In this document: one piece after another, positions 29,808-39,664 of the stretch
How positions within the stretch are numbered: position 1 is the first letter of the stretch
How the letters are laid out: every line of letters starts with the position of its first letter
Origin: Candidatus Bathyarchaeia archaeon
GTDB lineage: Archaea > Thermoproteota > Bathyarchaeia > Bathyarchaeales > Bathycorpusculaceae
Assembly (NCBI GenBank): GCA_038883855.1
Contig: JAVZLH010000002.1
Span: 62,392 to 126,391 of the forward strand
DNA: 64,000 nt
Direction: 5' to 3'
Notes under the pieces: model-generated
Told to the model about the DNA's origin: nothing
Database searches by the model: none
The model's input: only the letters and a program-made list of their open reading frames with translations
Program-made: the position numbers and the translations under genes

Positions 29808-30431
29808 ATGCTGTCCCAAGACATCAGTAATTGGTTGCTGAACTTCGCTAATCAATTTGGATATTTAGGAATCTTTTTAATCAGCCTATTAGGCTCGCTT
29901 TCAATATTCTTCCCAATCCCTTACACGGTCGTAATCTTCTCGCTTGGAAAAACGTTAGACCCTGTTTTAATAGCTGTTGCTGCTGGATTAGGCTCTGCTG
30001 TTGGCGAGTTTTCGGGTTATCTTCTAGGATGGAGCGGAAGAAAAGTCATAAGCGAGAGATATAGGCGGAAAATGGGTTTTCTCGTTAAAGTTTTCGAAAA
30101 ATATGGTCCAATAGCAATTTTTCTTTTCGCTTTAACTCCTTTGCCTGACGACTTGTTGTTTATTCCTCTTGGTGTTATGAAATATAAAATTGTTAAAGCG
30201 TTTATTCCATCGCTAATGGGAAAGTTCGTAATGAGCTTAATCGTGGCGTACAGCGGGCGTTATACAATACAAATTATTGAAGATATTTTTGGAGTTGAAA
30301 GCAGCTTTGTATCCGCTTTAATGGGCACGGTTGTTGCAGTAATTCTGCTCGTCATAATTTTTATAGTCATGTTTAAAGTAGACTGGGAAAAATATTTTGA
30401 AAAATACGTGACAAAAGAGGCAAAAACCTAG
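29808..30431 (+). CDS. VTT/DedA (SNARE-associated) family membrane protein
   Basis: GYLGIF, FPIPY, GSAVGE..GY..G, FALTPLPDD, GK. Confidence 0.85.
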   Translation: MLSQDISNWLLNFANQFGYLGIFLISLLGSLSIFFPIPYTVVIFSLGKTLDPVLIAVAAGLGSAVGEFSGYLLGWSGRKVISERYRRKMGFLVKVFEKYGPIAIFLFALTPLPDDLLFIPLGVMKYKIVKAFIPSLMGKFVMSLIVAYSGRYTIQIIEDIFGVESSFVSALMGTVVAVILLVIIFIVMFKVDWEKYFEKYVTKEAKT

Positions 30432-30436
30432 AAAGC

Positions 30437-31849
30437 CTAATCAAGTCTGTAAGTGCTCAGTTGTCTGCTGTATTTTGATATTATCGCGGCAAGTTTCGCT
30501 GCTCTTTCAAGCGACGAATAAGTTGGCACTCTAGAATGTTCCATTTCAGATTTAAATTTCCTAAAATCCTCAAATGTTGAAGAGTACACGGCTATTACAG
30601 GTTTTTCAATTCTCCCAAATAAGCCGCTTATTGCTTCCGACGGTATAGTCCACGTCGGAGGCGCGGCGGTATGTACAAAAAGAATTAACCCAACAGATTC
30701 ATCCCTAGCTACAGCTTCCAAAACGCTTTCCATGACGTCTAGGTTAAGACCGCTGAAAGCTATGTCTATCGGATTGTCCCGCATGGTTATTGGCGGCAGA
30801 AGTTTATGCAAAATCTTAAACGTTTCAGGTTTAAACTTTGCCATCACTCCACCAGTTTCCTCTATGATGTCTGACGCCATAAAACCAAGCCCAGCTTGTA
30901 TCGCAATTATGGCAACTCCTCCGCTTTCTACCTTACGAAACAGTGTTAAGGCTTTAGCCAAATCTAACAACTCAACCGGGCTATCGACAACCACCGCTCC
31001 AGCCTGTTTCATGGCGCATCTATAAAGCTGATAGTTTCCGGAGAGGCTTCCAGTGTGACTTTTAGATGCTTTATCAGCGATTGCTGATTTGCCAGCCTTC
31101 AATGCAATTACAGGTTTGATCTTTGCGGCCTCTGAAATGGCGTAGTACAATTCGCGAGCAGCTTCAACTCCCTCAACGTATAGCACTATTACCCGAGTAT
31201 GCACGTCATCTTTGAGAAAACTTAACACTTCTGGGAAGTCAACATCGCATCTGTTTCCAACATGTATTATGTAGCTGAAGCCTAAATCGTCAATGTAATT
31301 GTGCATCAAGTAGTGGCATATTCCACCGCTTTGAGAGACAACAGCCACGGGACCTTTCTTAAGACTGCTAAACATCGGCGTGAAACTTGCATTTACGTTC
31401 GAAACGACATTGACGAAACCAAAAATGTTTGGACCAAAAATCCTCACACCAGTCTCATTGCAAATCTTCGTCAACTCGCCTTGTAATAGGGAGCCCTCTT
31501 GATCGTCAGCCTCTTTAAATCCAGAGGAAATTATAACTATCCCCTTGGCACCCTTGCCGACGGATTCTTTAACTGCTGAAACAACCTTATCTCTTGGTAC
31601 TGCTATTATGGTCAAATCCACATTGGAAGGTATTGCCGATAGAGAAGGGTAAACCTTTAAGCCTTCAACCTCCTGTATTTTCGGATTAATTGGATAAACT
31701 TTCAAGTCTGGGTTGCTGGTTAAGCTTTTCAGCACGGAATTGCCAATCTTAGCGGGCTTGTTTGAAGCCCCGACCACAGCCACACTCTTTGGATTTAACG
31801 CCTCTTGGATAGTGTAACGTCTATTTGCAGTATACATGCCCATCCGCAT
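30437..31849 (-). CDS. acdA: ADP-forming acyl-CoA synthetase alpha-subunit-like protein
   Basis: NPKSVAVVGAS, YPINPK, SSGFKE, GPN, SQSGG, SHTGSL (phospho-His), NPIDI. Confidence 0.85.
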   Translation of the reverse strand: MRMGMYTANRRYTIQEALNPKSVAVVGASNKPAKIGNSVLKSLTSNPDLKVYPINPKIQEVEGLKVYPSLSAIPSNVDLTIIAVPRDKVVSAVKESVGKGAKGIVIISSGFKEADDQEGSLLQGELTKICNETGVRIFGPNIFGFVNVVSNVNASFTPMFSSLKKGPVAVVSQSGGICHYLMHNYIDDLGFSYIIHVGNRCDVDFPEVLSFLKDDVHTRVIVLYVEGVEAARELYYAISEAAKIKPVIALKAGKSAIADKASKSHTGSLSGNYQLYRCAMKQAGAVVVDSPVELLDLAKALTLFRKVESGGVAIIAIQAGLGFMASDIIEETGGVMAKFKPETFKILHKLLPPITMRDNPIDIAFSGLNLDVMESVLEAVARDESVGLILFVHTAAPPTWTIPSEAISGLFGRIEKPVIAVYSSTFEDFRKFKSEMEHSRVPTYSSLERAAKLAAIISKYSRQLSTYRLD

Positions 31850-32007
31850 TACCTTCAGATATTCGTTCTTAAACTGTAATCCAAATTAGATTTACGATTT
31901 TAAACAGCATAAACCGATGTTGAAATAGCGAAGTTTCAAAAACCTTATGCATGCTTTAATGTTATATGTAGAAACAAAATAGCGCTTCAGAAGCTCAAGG
32001 TAAAATT

Positions 32008-33294
32008 ATGAGAGTTATAGCCGACCTCCACATACATGGTGCGTATAGCCGCGCGACAAGCGAGAAGATGCATGTTGAAGAGATAGCTCGTTTTGCAAGA
32101 ATTAAAGGCTTAAATTTAGTGGGCACTGGAGATTTCACGCATCCAAAGTGGGTTGAAGAGCTGAAAGAGGCTCTTGAACAAGAGTCTGACACGAGCTTAT
32201 ATAAAATTGCAAAAACCCCTCAAACGCCATTATATTTTATGATGACAACCGAGGTATGCACAATATTCAATTTTGGAAGCGAAGTAAAAAAGATTCACCA
32301 TGTCATCCTAACTCCCAGCATCGAAACAGCCGTCCAAATAAACGAGAGGCTTTCAAAATATGGAGACCTAGCCTTAGATGGAAGACCAACATTAAACATG
32401 ACTGCGCCAGAGCTAGTTGAGGAAGTGATGGAAGTTTCTAAAGAAAACATGGTTTTCCCAGCTCACGCTTGGACACCGTGGTTCAGCATCTTTGGAGCCT
32501 TCAGTGGCTTCGACTCCGTGGAGGAATGCTACCAAGACATGACAAAACACATTCATGCTTTGGAAACTGGGCTTTCTTCAGACCCGCCCATGAACTGGCG
32601 CCTAAGCAAACTTGACAAGTTTACGCTTGTATCCAACAGCGATAGTCATAGCTTTTGGCCGTGGCGTATTGGAAGAGAAGCCAATGTCTTTGAACTTGAA
32701 AAGTTGACTTATCGCGAGGTTGTGAACGTCGTACGCTGCAAGGATAAGGGACGTTTTAAGTTTACAATAGAAACAGACCCAGCCTACGGGAAATACCATT
32801 GGACTGGACATAGGAACTGCAACGTTTCCCTTTCTCCCCAAGAGGCGATAAAACTTGGAAACATATGCCCGGTCTGCCGCAGAAAACTAACAAAAGGCGT
32901 GGAACAACGTGTTGAGGAACTCGCCGACCGCCCAGTTGATTTCAAACCAGAAAACGCTATAGGGTTTATACATTTGCTTCCGCTTTCGGAAATTATCATG
33001 ACTGTTCTAAAAGTGGATTCTCCGTCAACCCAAACAGTATGGAAAATCTACAACGCATTGATTGAAAAATTTGGAGACGAGTATAGCGTCTTAGTTGACG
33101 CTTCTATGGACGAGTTAGGCAGGGTTGTTGACAAAAAAATTGCGGAAGCCATTGTAAGGGTTAGAGAAGGGAAAGTTAAGGTTACACCAGGATACGATGG
33201 GGTTTATGGAAAACTTGTTCTATTTGAAGAGGAATCTTTGAAGAGAACAGTTTCTGGAAGAGTTCAACAAAAAAACCTTGCGGACTTTTTTTAG
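32008..33294 (+). CDS. endoQ: Endonuclease Q family (PHP domain plus Zn ribbon)
   Basis: DLHIH..YSRATS, GTGDFTHP, PAHAWTPW, ETGLSSD, SNSDSHS, GREAN, GKYH..GHR.C, CPVC, GYDGVYG. Confidence 0.9.
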   Translation: MRVIADLHIHGAYSRATSEKMHVEEIARFARIKGLNLVGTGDFTHPKWVEELKEALEQESDTSLYKIAKTPQTPLYFMMTTEVCTIFNFGSEVKKIHHVILTPSIETAVQINERLSKYGDLALDGRPTLNMTAPELVEEVMEVSKENMVFPAHAWTPWFSIFGAFSGFDSVEECYQDMTKHIHALETGLSSDPPMNWRLSKLDKFTLVSNSDSHSFWPWRIGREANVFELEKLTYREVVNVVRCKDKGRFKFTIETDPAYGKYHWTGHRNCNVSLSPQEAIKLGNICPVCRRKLTKGVEQRVEELADRPVDFKPENAIGFIHLLPLSEIIMTVLKVDSPSTQTVWKIYNALIEKFGDEYSVLVDASMDELGRVVDKKIAEAIVRVREGKVKVTPGYDGVYGKLVLFEEESLKRTVSGRVQQKNLADFF

Positions 33295-33391
33295 AAGGGG
33301 TTTTTCCGTGAAAGATACGTATTTGTGTTAAACAATTATACGGCAAAGTATATTAAGTCGCAATATGCTAGATGCACTTGAGGTGAACGTA

Positions 33392-33727
33392 ATGGCGACT
33401 ATAATTCAACAGAAAAGCGGCGAAGCCAAAATCTCCAAAATAATAGACCGCGTCTTAAGACAAATTTTCGGAGAAGAAGCCACGCGCTTAATTTACAAAT
33501 ATTTAGAAAGCAAGTATTCTTTGAGGCAAGACGAAATATCCGAAAGAATAGACTTGTTTGCAAAGGGATTAGAAGAGTTCCTTAGCACGGGAGCGCAAGT
33601 GATTGAAAAGAGAATTCTGGAAGACATATACTCCAGCTGCGGTTTACTTCGTAAGATAGGTTTGGAGAAAACTTGCGCTGAATATGACTTTGCCGATCAA
33701 GTTAAATTTTTAATGCGGAAGGCTTAG
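33392..33727 (+). CDS. Hypothetical protein, DUF3227-like small helical domain
   Basis: IDRVLRQIFGEEAT.LIY.YL...F..GLEEFL..GA.VIE pattern; GAGGTG before ATG 33392. Confidence 0.55.
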   Translation: MATIIQQKSGEAKISKIIDRVLRQIFGEEATRLIYKYLESKYSLRQDEISERIDLFAKGLEEFLSTGAQVIEKRILEDIYSSCGLLRKIGLEKTCAEYDFADQVKFLMRKA

Positions 33728-33842
33728 TCTTACTTTCACCCCGGTTTTCATTCTTCAACACTTGCTTATCCATTTTCTTGTAGAATAGACCATAACAATT
33801 TTATAAAGAACAAGTCCTTTATGCGGGAAGAGGAGAAGCCGC

Positions 33843-35228
33843 TTGAAAGAAATTCTAACAAAAGTTGTTAACGCCGCGGTTCAGAAGTTTGGAGCCAGCT
33901 ACGCCGAAGCCAGAGCTCAAAAACTTTTTAAAACAACGTTGACAGTCAAGGACAATCGTGTTGAGGCGGCAAGGCAAGGAATAGAGAATGGCACAGCGCT
34001 GCGAGTGCTTGTTGATGGCGCTTGGGGTTTCGCAACTGTCGGAAAATTTGATGCAGAAACATTAATTGACGCTGTTTCAGACGCTTGTAAAATGGCTAAG
34101 ACAGCAAGTTCAAGGCTTAAGGAACCTATAAAACTTGTTGAAACCAAAACTTTTGAAGACATTGTCAAATCAAAGCCGCGAAAAGACCCCTTAAAAATTC
34201 CCATGGAGGACAAAATAAGAATGACGTTGTCGATGAACAGTACTGTTTTGAGCTATAACCACTGCGTAAAAACTTGCACGATAGACTATCTTGACCTCAC
34301 TGGAACAGACTATTTCGTAAATAGCGATGGCGCTTTCATCCAACAAGACAAGCTTTACGTGTGGTCAAGAGTGACTGTCACGGCAAGGAAAGCCGACATT
34401 CTAACTTTTAGCCGTGAAGAAATAGGTTCAACATCCGGCTACGAAATATTTGACGTTGAAACTCCAGAAGTTGTAGGCGAAAGAGTTGCAAAAAGGGCTG
34501 CTGAACAGTTAAAGGCGAAACCACCTAAAGGCGGAACATTTCCAGTTGTTTTAGGACCAAATGTTGTTGGAGTTTTTGTCCACGAGGCTTTTGGACATTT
34601 GGCTGAAGCTGACTTAACATTATCTGGCTCCGTTTTGTTGGGAAGGCTTGGAAAGAAAATAGCCTCAGATGTTGTCACTTTCTACGATGATGGAACAGTG
34701 GAGGGCGCTTTTGGCTCCTTCAAATATGATGATGAAGGGGTTCCAGCGCAGAAAACCCTTCTAGTGAAGGATGGTGTTGTCGTCGGGTTAATGCACAACC
34801 GCGAAACAGCACAAAAATTCAATGTTGAACCAACAGGCAACGCCAGAGCTGAAGACTTTCGTGTAGAGCCAATAATAAGAATGCGGAACACCTACCTAGA
34901 GCCCAGAGACTACTCCTTCGAGGAGCTAATCGAAGGCATAAAGTTCGGCTACTACTTCAAAAGCTTCAGAGGTGGACAAGCAAACTTAGACGGCACATTT
35001 CAAGTAGGCATCCAAGAGGCCTATGAAATAGTTAAAGGCGAATTAGGCAAACCAGTGCGTAACGCTTCCATAAGCGGCAACACGCTTGAGACGCTATTTA
35101 AGGTGGAAGCTGTTGGAAAAGACTTTGAACTTTGGCCTGGAAGATGCGGTAAAGGACAGACAGCCTTTGTATGTGATGGCGGCCCCCACATTAAAGTGAA
35201 GGAGGTTTTAGTCGGTGGCAGCGCTTAA
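33843..35228 (+). CDS. tldD: TldD metalloprotease subunit
   Basis: HEAFGH (HExxGH), YDDEG, GNARA, RMRNT, CGKGQ, GGPH. Confidence 0.92.
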   Translation: MKEILTKVVNAAVQKFGASYAEARAQKLFKTTLTVKDNRVEAARQGIENGTALRVLVDGAWGFATVGKFDAETLIDAVSDACKMAKTASSRLKEPIKLVETKTFEDIVKSKPRKDPLKIPMEDKIRMTLSMNSTVLSYNHCVKTCTIDYLDLTGTDYFVNSDGAFIQQDKLYVWSRVTVTARKADILTFSREEIGSTSGYEIFDVETPEVVGERVAKRAAEQLKAKPPKGGTFPVVLGPNVVGVFVHEAFGHLAEADLTLSGSVLLGRLGKKIASDVVTFYDDGTVEGAFGSFKYDDEGVPAQKTLLVKDGVVVGLMHNRETAQKFNVEPTGNARAEDFRVEPIIRMRNTYLEPRDYSFEELIEGIKFGYYFKSFRGGQANLDGTFQVGIQEAYEIVKGELGKPVRNASISGNTLETLFKVEAVGKDFELWPGRCGKGQTAFVCDGGPHIKVKEVLVGGSA

Positions 35229-36576
35229 GCGGGAGGAAATGCTGAGCTTAGCCGAAAATGCGGTTAGCTTCGCGTTAAAAAACCGCGCAGAAGAAGCTGA
35301 AGCTTTTGTCTATCAAGGACTGACAACGAATGTGTCGATTGAAAGAGGGCAAATTGCCAAAAGCTCAAAAATAATTGACCAAGGGATAGGAATTAGAGTC
35401 ATAATTAGGAAGGCGGTTGGCTTCGCTTATACAAACATACTTGAGGAAAAAGCAATAGAGGAAGCAGTAGTTAAAGCGTTAAGCTCTGCAAGGGCGAGCA
35501 AACCGGACAAAGACTGGCATAATCTTCCAGTCAAGAAATCACTTCCATCAACCCAGAATACTTACGATGAGAGTATAGTTGAGCTTCACTCCGAGGATTT
35601 AGTGAAAATCGCTGCGCAAATGCTGGAAGCGGCTGAAAAAAGGGATAGGCGCGCATTCCCAATAGAAGGAGGCGCTGGCGCTTCGTATCTTTCACAAGCT
35701 ATTGCAAACTCAAACGGTATTGCAAACTTTGACCATGGAACAATAATCCAATGTAGTTTGGCAACTATAGCTCATGAAGCAGGCGAAGTGACACCAGTTT
35801 GCTTCGAATTCAACGCCGAAAGAAGCTACACTATTAATCCAGCATGGGTTGGTGAAGAAGCTGCGAGGCTCGCGGTTTCAGCCCTAAAAGCCAAAAAAGC
35901 GGAGTCAAAAACCACTAAGGTTGTGTTTACTCAGTTGGCGCTTCAACAACTATTCCATTATACTTTGATTAACGCGGTCAACGCAGATTATGTGCAGAGA
36001 AACCAGTCCATGTTTAAGGGCAAGATAGGTGAAAAAGTAGCTTCAGAAACCGTTACAATATACGATGATGGTTTATTGGATGGTGGTCTCCGCACATGGA
36101 GATTTGACGGCGAGGGTGTCCCCCAGCAGAAAACATCAATTATAGATAGAGGAGTTCTACGCAACTTCATCTACGACAACTATACAGCTAAGAAAGATGG
36201 AAAGGAAAGCACTGGAAACGCCTTCAGAGCTGGCTACCTATCAACACCAAACGTGGAAGCCACGAACTTCCATGTCATGCCCGGAAATAAATCTCCCGAA
36301 GAACTCATCAGCGAGGTGGATGAGGGCTTGCTAGTTTGCTATTTGCAAGGCGCCCATAGCAGCAACCCCGCTAGCGGAGAATTTTCTGTTGTTGCAACCC
36401 CCGCGTGGAAAATAAAAGATGGCAAAATCGCCCACGCTGTTAATGGAGCCATGTTGGCTGGCAACATCTTCGAGCTGCTGAAGAAAATTTCCATAGTAGC
36501 GAACAATGAGAGAAAAGTTGGACAATTGGTTGCGTCTTGGGTTTTGGCAGAAAACGTTAAAGTTATAGGAAAATAG
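35215..36576 (+). CDS. pmbA: PmbA/TldE subunit
   Basis: GIGIRV, FDGEG, STGNA, SGEFS; no HExxxH; overlaps tldD. Confidence 0.9.
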   Translation: MAALKREEMLSLAENAVSFALKNRAEEAEAFVYQGLTTNVSIERGQIAKSSKIIDQGIGIRVIIRKAVGFAYTNILEEKAIEEAVVKALSSARASKPDKDWHNLPVKKSLPSTQNTYDESIVELHSEDLVKIAAQMLEAAEKRDRRAFPIEGGAGASYLSQAIANSNGIANFDHGTIIQCSLATIAHEAGEVTPVCFEFNAERSYTINPAWVGEEAARLAVSALKAKKAESKTTKVVFTQLALQQLFHYTLINAVNADYVQRNQSMFKGKIGEKVASETVTIYDDGLLDGGLRTWRFDGEGVPQQKTSIIDRGVLRNFIYDNYTAKKDGKESTGNAFRAGYLSTPNVEATNFHVMPGNKSPEELISEVDEGLLVCYLQGAHSSNPASGEFSVVATPAWKIKDGKIAHAVNGAMLAGNIFELLKKISIVANNERKVGQLVASWVLAENVKVIGK

Positions 36577-36610
36577 AATAATTAGAACTTCGTCAAATTG
36601 CCAGAAGAGA

Positions 36611-37558
36611 ATGGAAATGCCAAAGGAAAGCATAAAACAGAACTTGCTCAAGTTTAACACTTACCGTAGAGTGATTCAGTTTCTCTCCTTCATATTTTTC
36701 AGCGTTGCAATATTCAACTTAGACAAACTGCCGATTTTACTTCCTGTCCTCTGGACTTGGGGTCTCAAGCAAAACATCGTAGGTGACGCGTTCACAGCCA
36801 TACAACTTACACTTAGCGGGTGGAACGGTTTTGACGTTTCGTTTCCATGGCTGGCAATAGCCGCTTTTCTGATAACTGGGATTCTGATAGGTAAATCCCT
36901 TTGCGGCTGGATATGTCCTTTTGGCTTCATTCAAGATTTAGTGAGTTTTATTAAGCGCAAGAAGATGGAGATTTCGCCAAGAACTCATAAAAGCGGAATT
37001 TACATGAAATATGCGGTTTTAGGATTAGCCCTTTTCATTAGCCTAACCTTTTCAGCTTCAAAACTGATGAAAATACAGAGAAGCTACGAAGCAGCCATGG
37101 GCATTTTTGCCTATGCGCCTTTCACAGCTGTAAGTCCCGCAGAAACGCTCTTTGCAACATTACCGCAAATGATTCGCGACTTCGCTATGGAATTGTCTGA
37201 AAAATCATTTTTAAAAGCTGCATCTGGAATTTCTGGCATGCCTCCACTTTTTTGGGTTCAGCTATTTATATTGAGCGCTGTCCTTGTCTTTGCCGCCTAT
37301 GTTCCGCGCGGTTGGTGCAAATATTTCTGTCCACACGGAGCGATAATGGCAATTTTAAACAGGTTTAGTTTTTTGGGTTTGCGCAGGGAACTTGTCAAAT
37401 GCGCCAAGGGTGGGTGTCGCCGCTGTGAGGAAGCATGTCCGATGCGTATTCCAATTTTGGATTTGCCGTGGGAAAAGTTCAGCGATCCAGAATGCATTTA
37501 CTGTTTGAAATGCGCTGATGCTTGCGAAAATAAGGCTATTAAGTTAAAGTATCCTTGA
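36611..37558 (+). CDS. Membrane 4Fe-4S binding protein (NapH/MauN-like)
   Basis: TM helices, CGWICPFG, WCKYFCPHG, C...CRRCEEACP, CIYCLKCADAC. Confidence 0.85.
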   Translation: MEMPKESIKQNLLKFNTYRRVIQFLSFIFFSVAIFNLDKLPILLPVLWTWGLKQNIVGDAFTAIQLTLSGWNGFDVSFPWLAIAAFLITGILIGKSLCGWICPFGFIQDLVSFIKRKKMEISPRTHKSGIYMKYAVLGLALFISLTFSASKLMKIQRSYEAAMGIFAYAPFTAVSPAETLFATLPQMIRDFAMELSEKSFLKAASGISGMPPLFWVQLFILSAVLVFAAYVPRGWCKYFCPHGAIMAILNRFSFLGLRRELVKCAKGGCRRCEEACPMRIPILDLPWEKFSDPECIYCLKCADACENKAIKLKYP

Positions 37559-37562
37559 CCCT

Positions 37563-38771
37563 TTACGCCCAAAAGCTTTTTGAATATTCGCTTAAAACCG
37601 TCTCATACAATGTTTTTGTTTTTTGCGCTATAGTGTTCCAGTTGTAGACTTCGCGGACTTTTTTGCAAGCATTAGCCTTTATGGTCTTCGCGTGTTCTTC
37701 ATCAAGCAATATTCTAGTTATTCCCCACGCAAGCGAGTCCGGATTATTCACGTACACTTTGATTCCTGTCACATCATGTTCGACAATTTCTGACAAACCA
37801 CCTGTGTCGGAGACTACAACTGGGCTTTGGGCCGCCATGGCTTCTAGGGCAACTATGCCGAAAGGTTCGAAAAGGGATGGCACGACGGAAACGTCTGCGC
37901 ATTTCTGCAGTTTCCTTAAAGTTTCGTCGTCAACAAACCCCGTAAACAAAACTTTGTGGGCTAATCCCATGCCTCTGACGAGGTTTGAAAGTTGCTCTTT
38001 CATATAACCGTCGCCAACCACAATAAACTTTGCGTTGACTTTATCTAGAACTTTAGGAATGGCATTCACAAGGACATGGGCACCTTTCTCGTAGACTAAT
38101 CTTCCAACAAAAAGCACAATTTTCTCTTCCGACAATGCAAACCTGTTCCTAAACTGGCTTAGCTCTTCCTTCCCAAACTTTTCATAAACTTCCACATCCA
38201 CACCGTTTGGAATCATGACAAGTTTGTCTTGGGGAAGCCCAAAAGCCCACCGAACATGAGAAACCATGTAGTTGCTGCAGCATATAACCCTCCAAGCCTC
38301 ATAGGTTAGCCAAGCCTCTGTCTCATATATCATACGCTCATAATCCGAGTGAATCCCGTTCCTCCGCCCAATTTCTGTGGAGTGCATTGTCGCTATAAGC
38401 GGTTTTCTAAAAACATGTTTCAGCCCTATTCCAGCGTTTGCAACAAGCCAATCATGAGCGTGAAAAATGTCAACTTCCCCACCTAGATTGTTAACGAGGG
38501 CAGCTGCCTCTTTCTGCATGTTAACATTCATCAAGTAAACCCAAGTTGCAAAGTCTGGAGCGGGATTCTTGTAGGAATCTATCCTTAAAACCTCCACTCC
38601 GTCAATTTTCTCATGGGTAGGTGCTCCTGGAAAATCGCATGTAACCACATAGACTTTTACACCATTTTTCGCCAAGTTTTTGGATAGGTAATAAACGTGG
38701 GGTGATATTCCGCCGATGATTCTTGGCGGGAACTCCCAAGTCAGCATTAGCACAGTCAACTCTTTAGCCAT
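37563..38771 (-). CDS. GT4 family glycosyltransferase (full-length GT-B)
   Basis: WEFPP.IIGG, HAHDW, HSTE, PNG, VGRLVYEKG, EPFGIVALEAM. Confidence 0.93.
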   Translation of the reverse strand: MAKELTVLMLTWEFPPRIIGGISPHVYYLSKNLAKNGVKVYVVTCDFPGAPTHEKIDGVEVLRIDSYKNPAPDFATWVYLMNVNMQKEAAALVNNLGGEVDIFHAHDWLVANAGIGLKHVFRKPLIATMHSTEIGRRNGIHSDYERMIYETEAWLTYEAWRVICCSNYMVSHVRWAFGLPQDKLVMIPNGVDVEVYEKFGKEELSQFRNRFALSEEKIVLFVGRLVYEKGAHVLVNAIPKVLDKVNAKFIVVGDGYMKEQLSNLVRGMGLAHKVLFTGFVDDETLRKLQKCADVSVVPSLFEPFGIVALEAMAAQSPVVVSDTGGLSEIVEHDVTGIKVYVNNPDSLAWGITRILLDEEHAKTIKANACKKVREVYNWNTIAQKTKTLYETVLSEYSKSFWA

Positions 38772-39407
38772 TCACTTGCCTCCGCTTGGTTCTGCAACGC
38801 TTTTGTACATTTCTAGGATGCTTTCCACCCAGTTTGCGGATGTTGGAGATACAACTTTCATTTTCTCTGGCGGAACTTTGTATAATCTGGAAACTTCATC
38901 CCGCATCCACTCGGATTTCAAAATAAGCCTTTCCGCCTCATACATGCCGAGCCACTCAATGCTTTTGATAGCCATGTTAAAAGGCGAGTTCGCACCGTGC
39001 GATCTATGTTCTTCAAGGCTTTCAACAGAGTAGATAAACGGTATGTTTAGCGCTTTTTTCAAAGTAACGGCGGCGGGTATAAAATGCCAATCATGGGCAT
39101 CTATGAGGTTTACATGCTTGTTCGCCTTATAATAGATGTTGGCTGCAGCCCTCTCAACTTCCTGATTTAGGGTGAGAACCCATGTGAGAACTCCAATATG
39201 GGTGCGCACTGGATTTGTCACTCTATAAGTTTTGACACCGCCTTGTTCGTCGAATTCTCCAGTTAAAAAGTCATGATAAGTGACCACATGCACGTTCACA
39301 TTTTTCTTTACGAGTTGTTCGGCGAGGTTTTTAACATAGTTTGCAAGTTGCCCAACTATCCTCGGCGGGTATTCCCAAGAGAAAATTATGACATGCATCC
39401 TTCCCAC
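38772..39407 (-). CDS. Half-size GT4 paralog (N-terminal domain plus terminal helix only)
   Basis: WEYPPRIVG, DAHDW, IEWLG match the neighbour's N-domain; no GRL/EK or EPFG..LE; stop directly abuts the next ATG. Confidence 0.8.
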   Translation of the reverse strand: MGRMHVIIFSWEYPPRIVGQLANYVKNLAEQLVKKNVNVHVVTYHDFLTGEFDEQGGVKTYRVTNPVRTHIGVLTWVLTLNQEVERAAANIYYKANKHVNLIDAHDWHFIPAAVTLKKALNIPFIYSVESLEEHRSHGANSPFNMAIKSIEWLGMYEAERLILKSEWMRDEVSRLYKVPPEKMKVVSPTSANWVESILEMYKSVAEPSGGK

Positions 39408-39658
39408 TATGTAAAGAGCGCACAGACCTTTATTATTCCCCTTCCAGTCAAATAGTACCTCTTCTTCCCTTCCTTGTCAACAAAGCTTTCAGCAAACCCT
39501 TCTAACTTGAAATTATCTAAGATTCTCTCCACCTCTTCCCTTTCAATTTGCATCACTTGTGCAAGTTCTTCGCCTCTTCTTGCTAAGTCGGGAGCCGTGG
39601 CGCAAAGGTTATGCAATGTTTGCAGGATCTTTTCTGAAAGTGGAATTTCCCCACTCAA
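39407..39658 (-). CDS. Small winged-helix protein
   Basis: KILQTL...EELAQVM...EVERILDN...EGF...KKRYYLTGRG. Confidence 0.75.
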   Translation of the reverse strand: MSGEIPLSEKILQTLHNLCATAPDLARRGEELAQVMQIEREEVERILDNFKLEGFAESFVDKEGKKRYYLTGRGIIKVCALFT

Positions 39659-39664
39659 ACCATA

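Noticed and set aside
32008-33294. EndoQ as part of the NurA-HerA system
   Set aside because: Opposite strand, separated by unrelated genes; a known stand-alone repair enzyme
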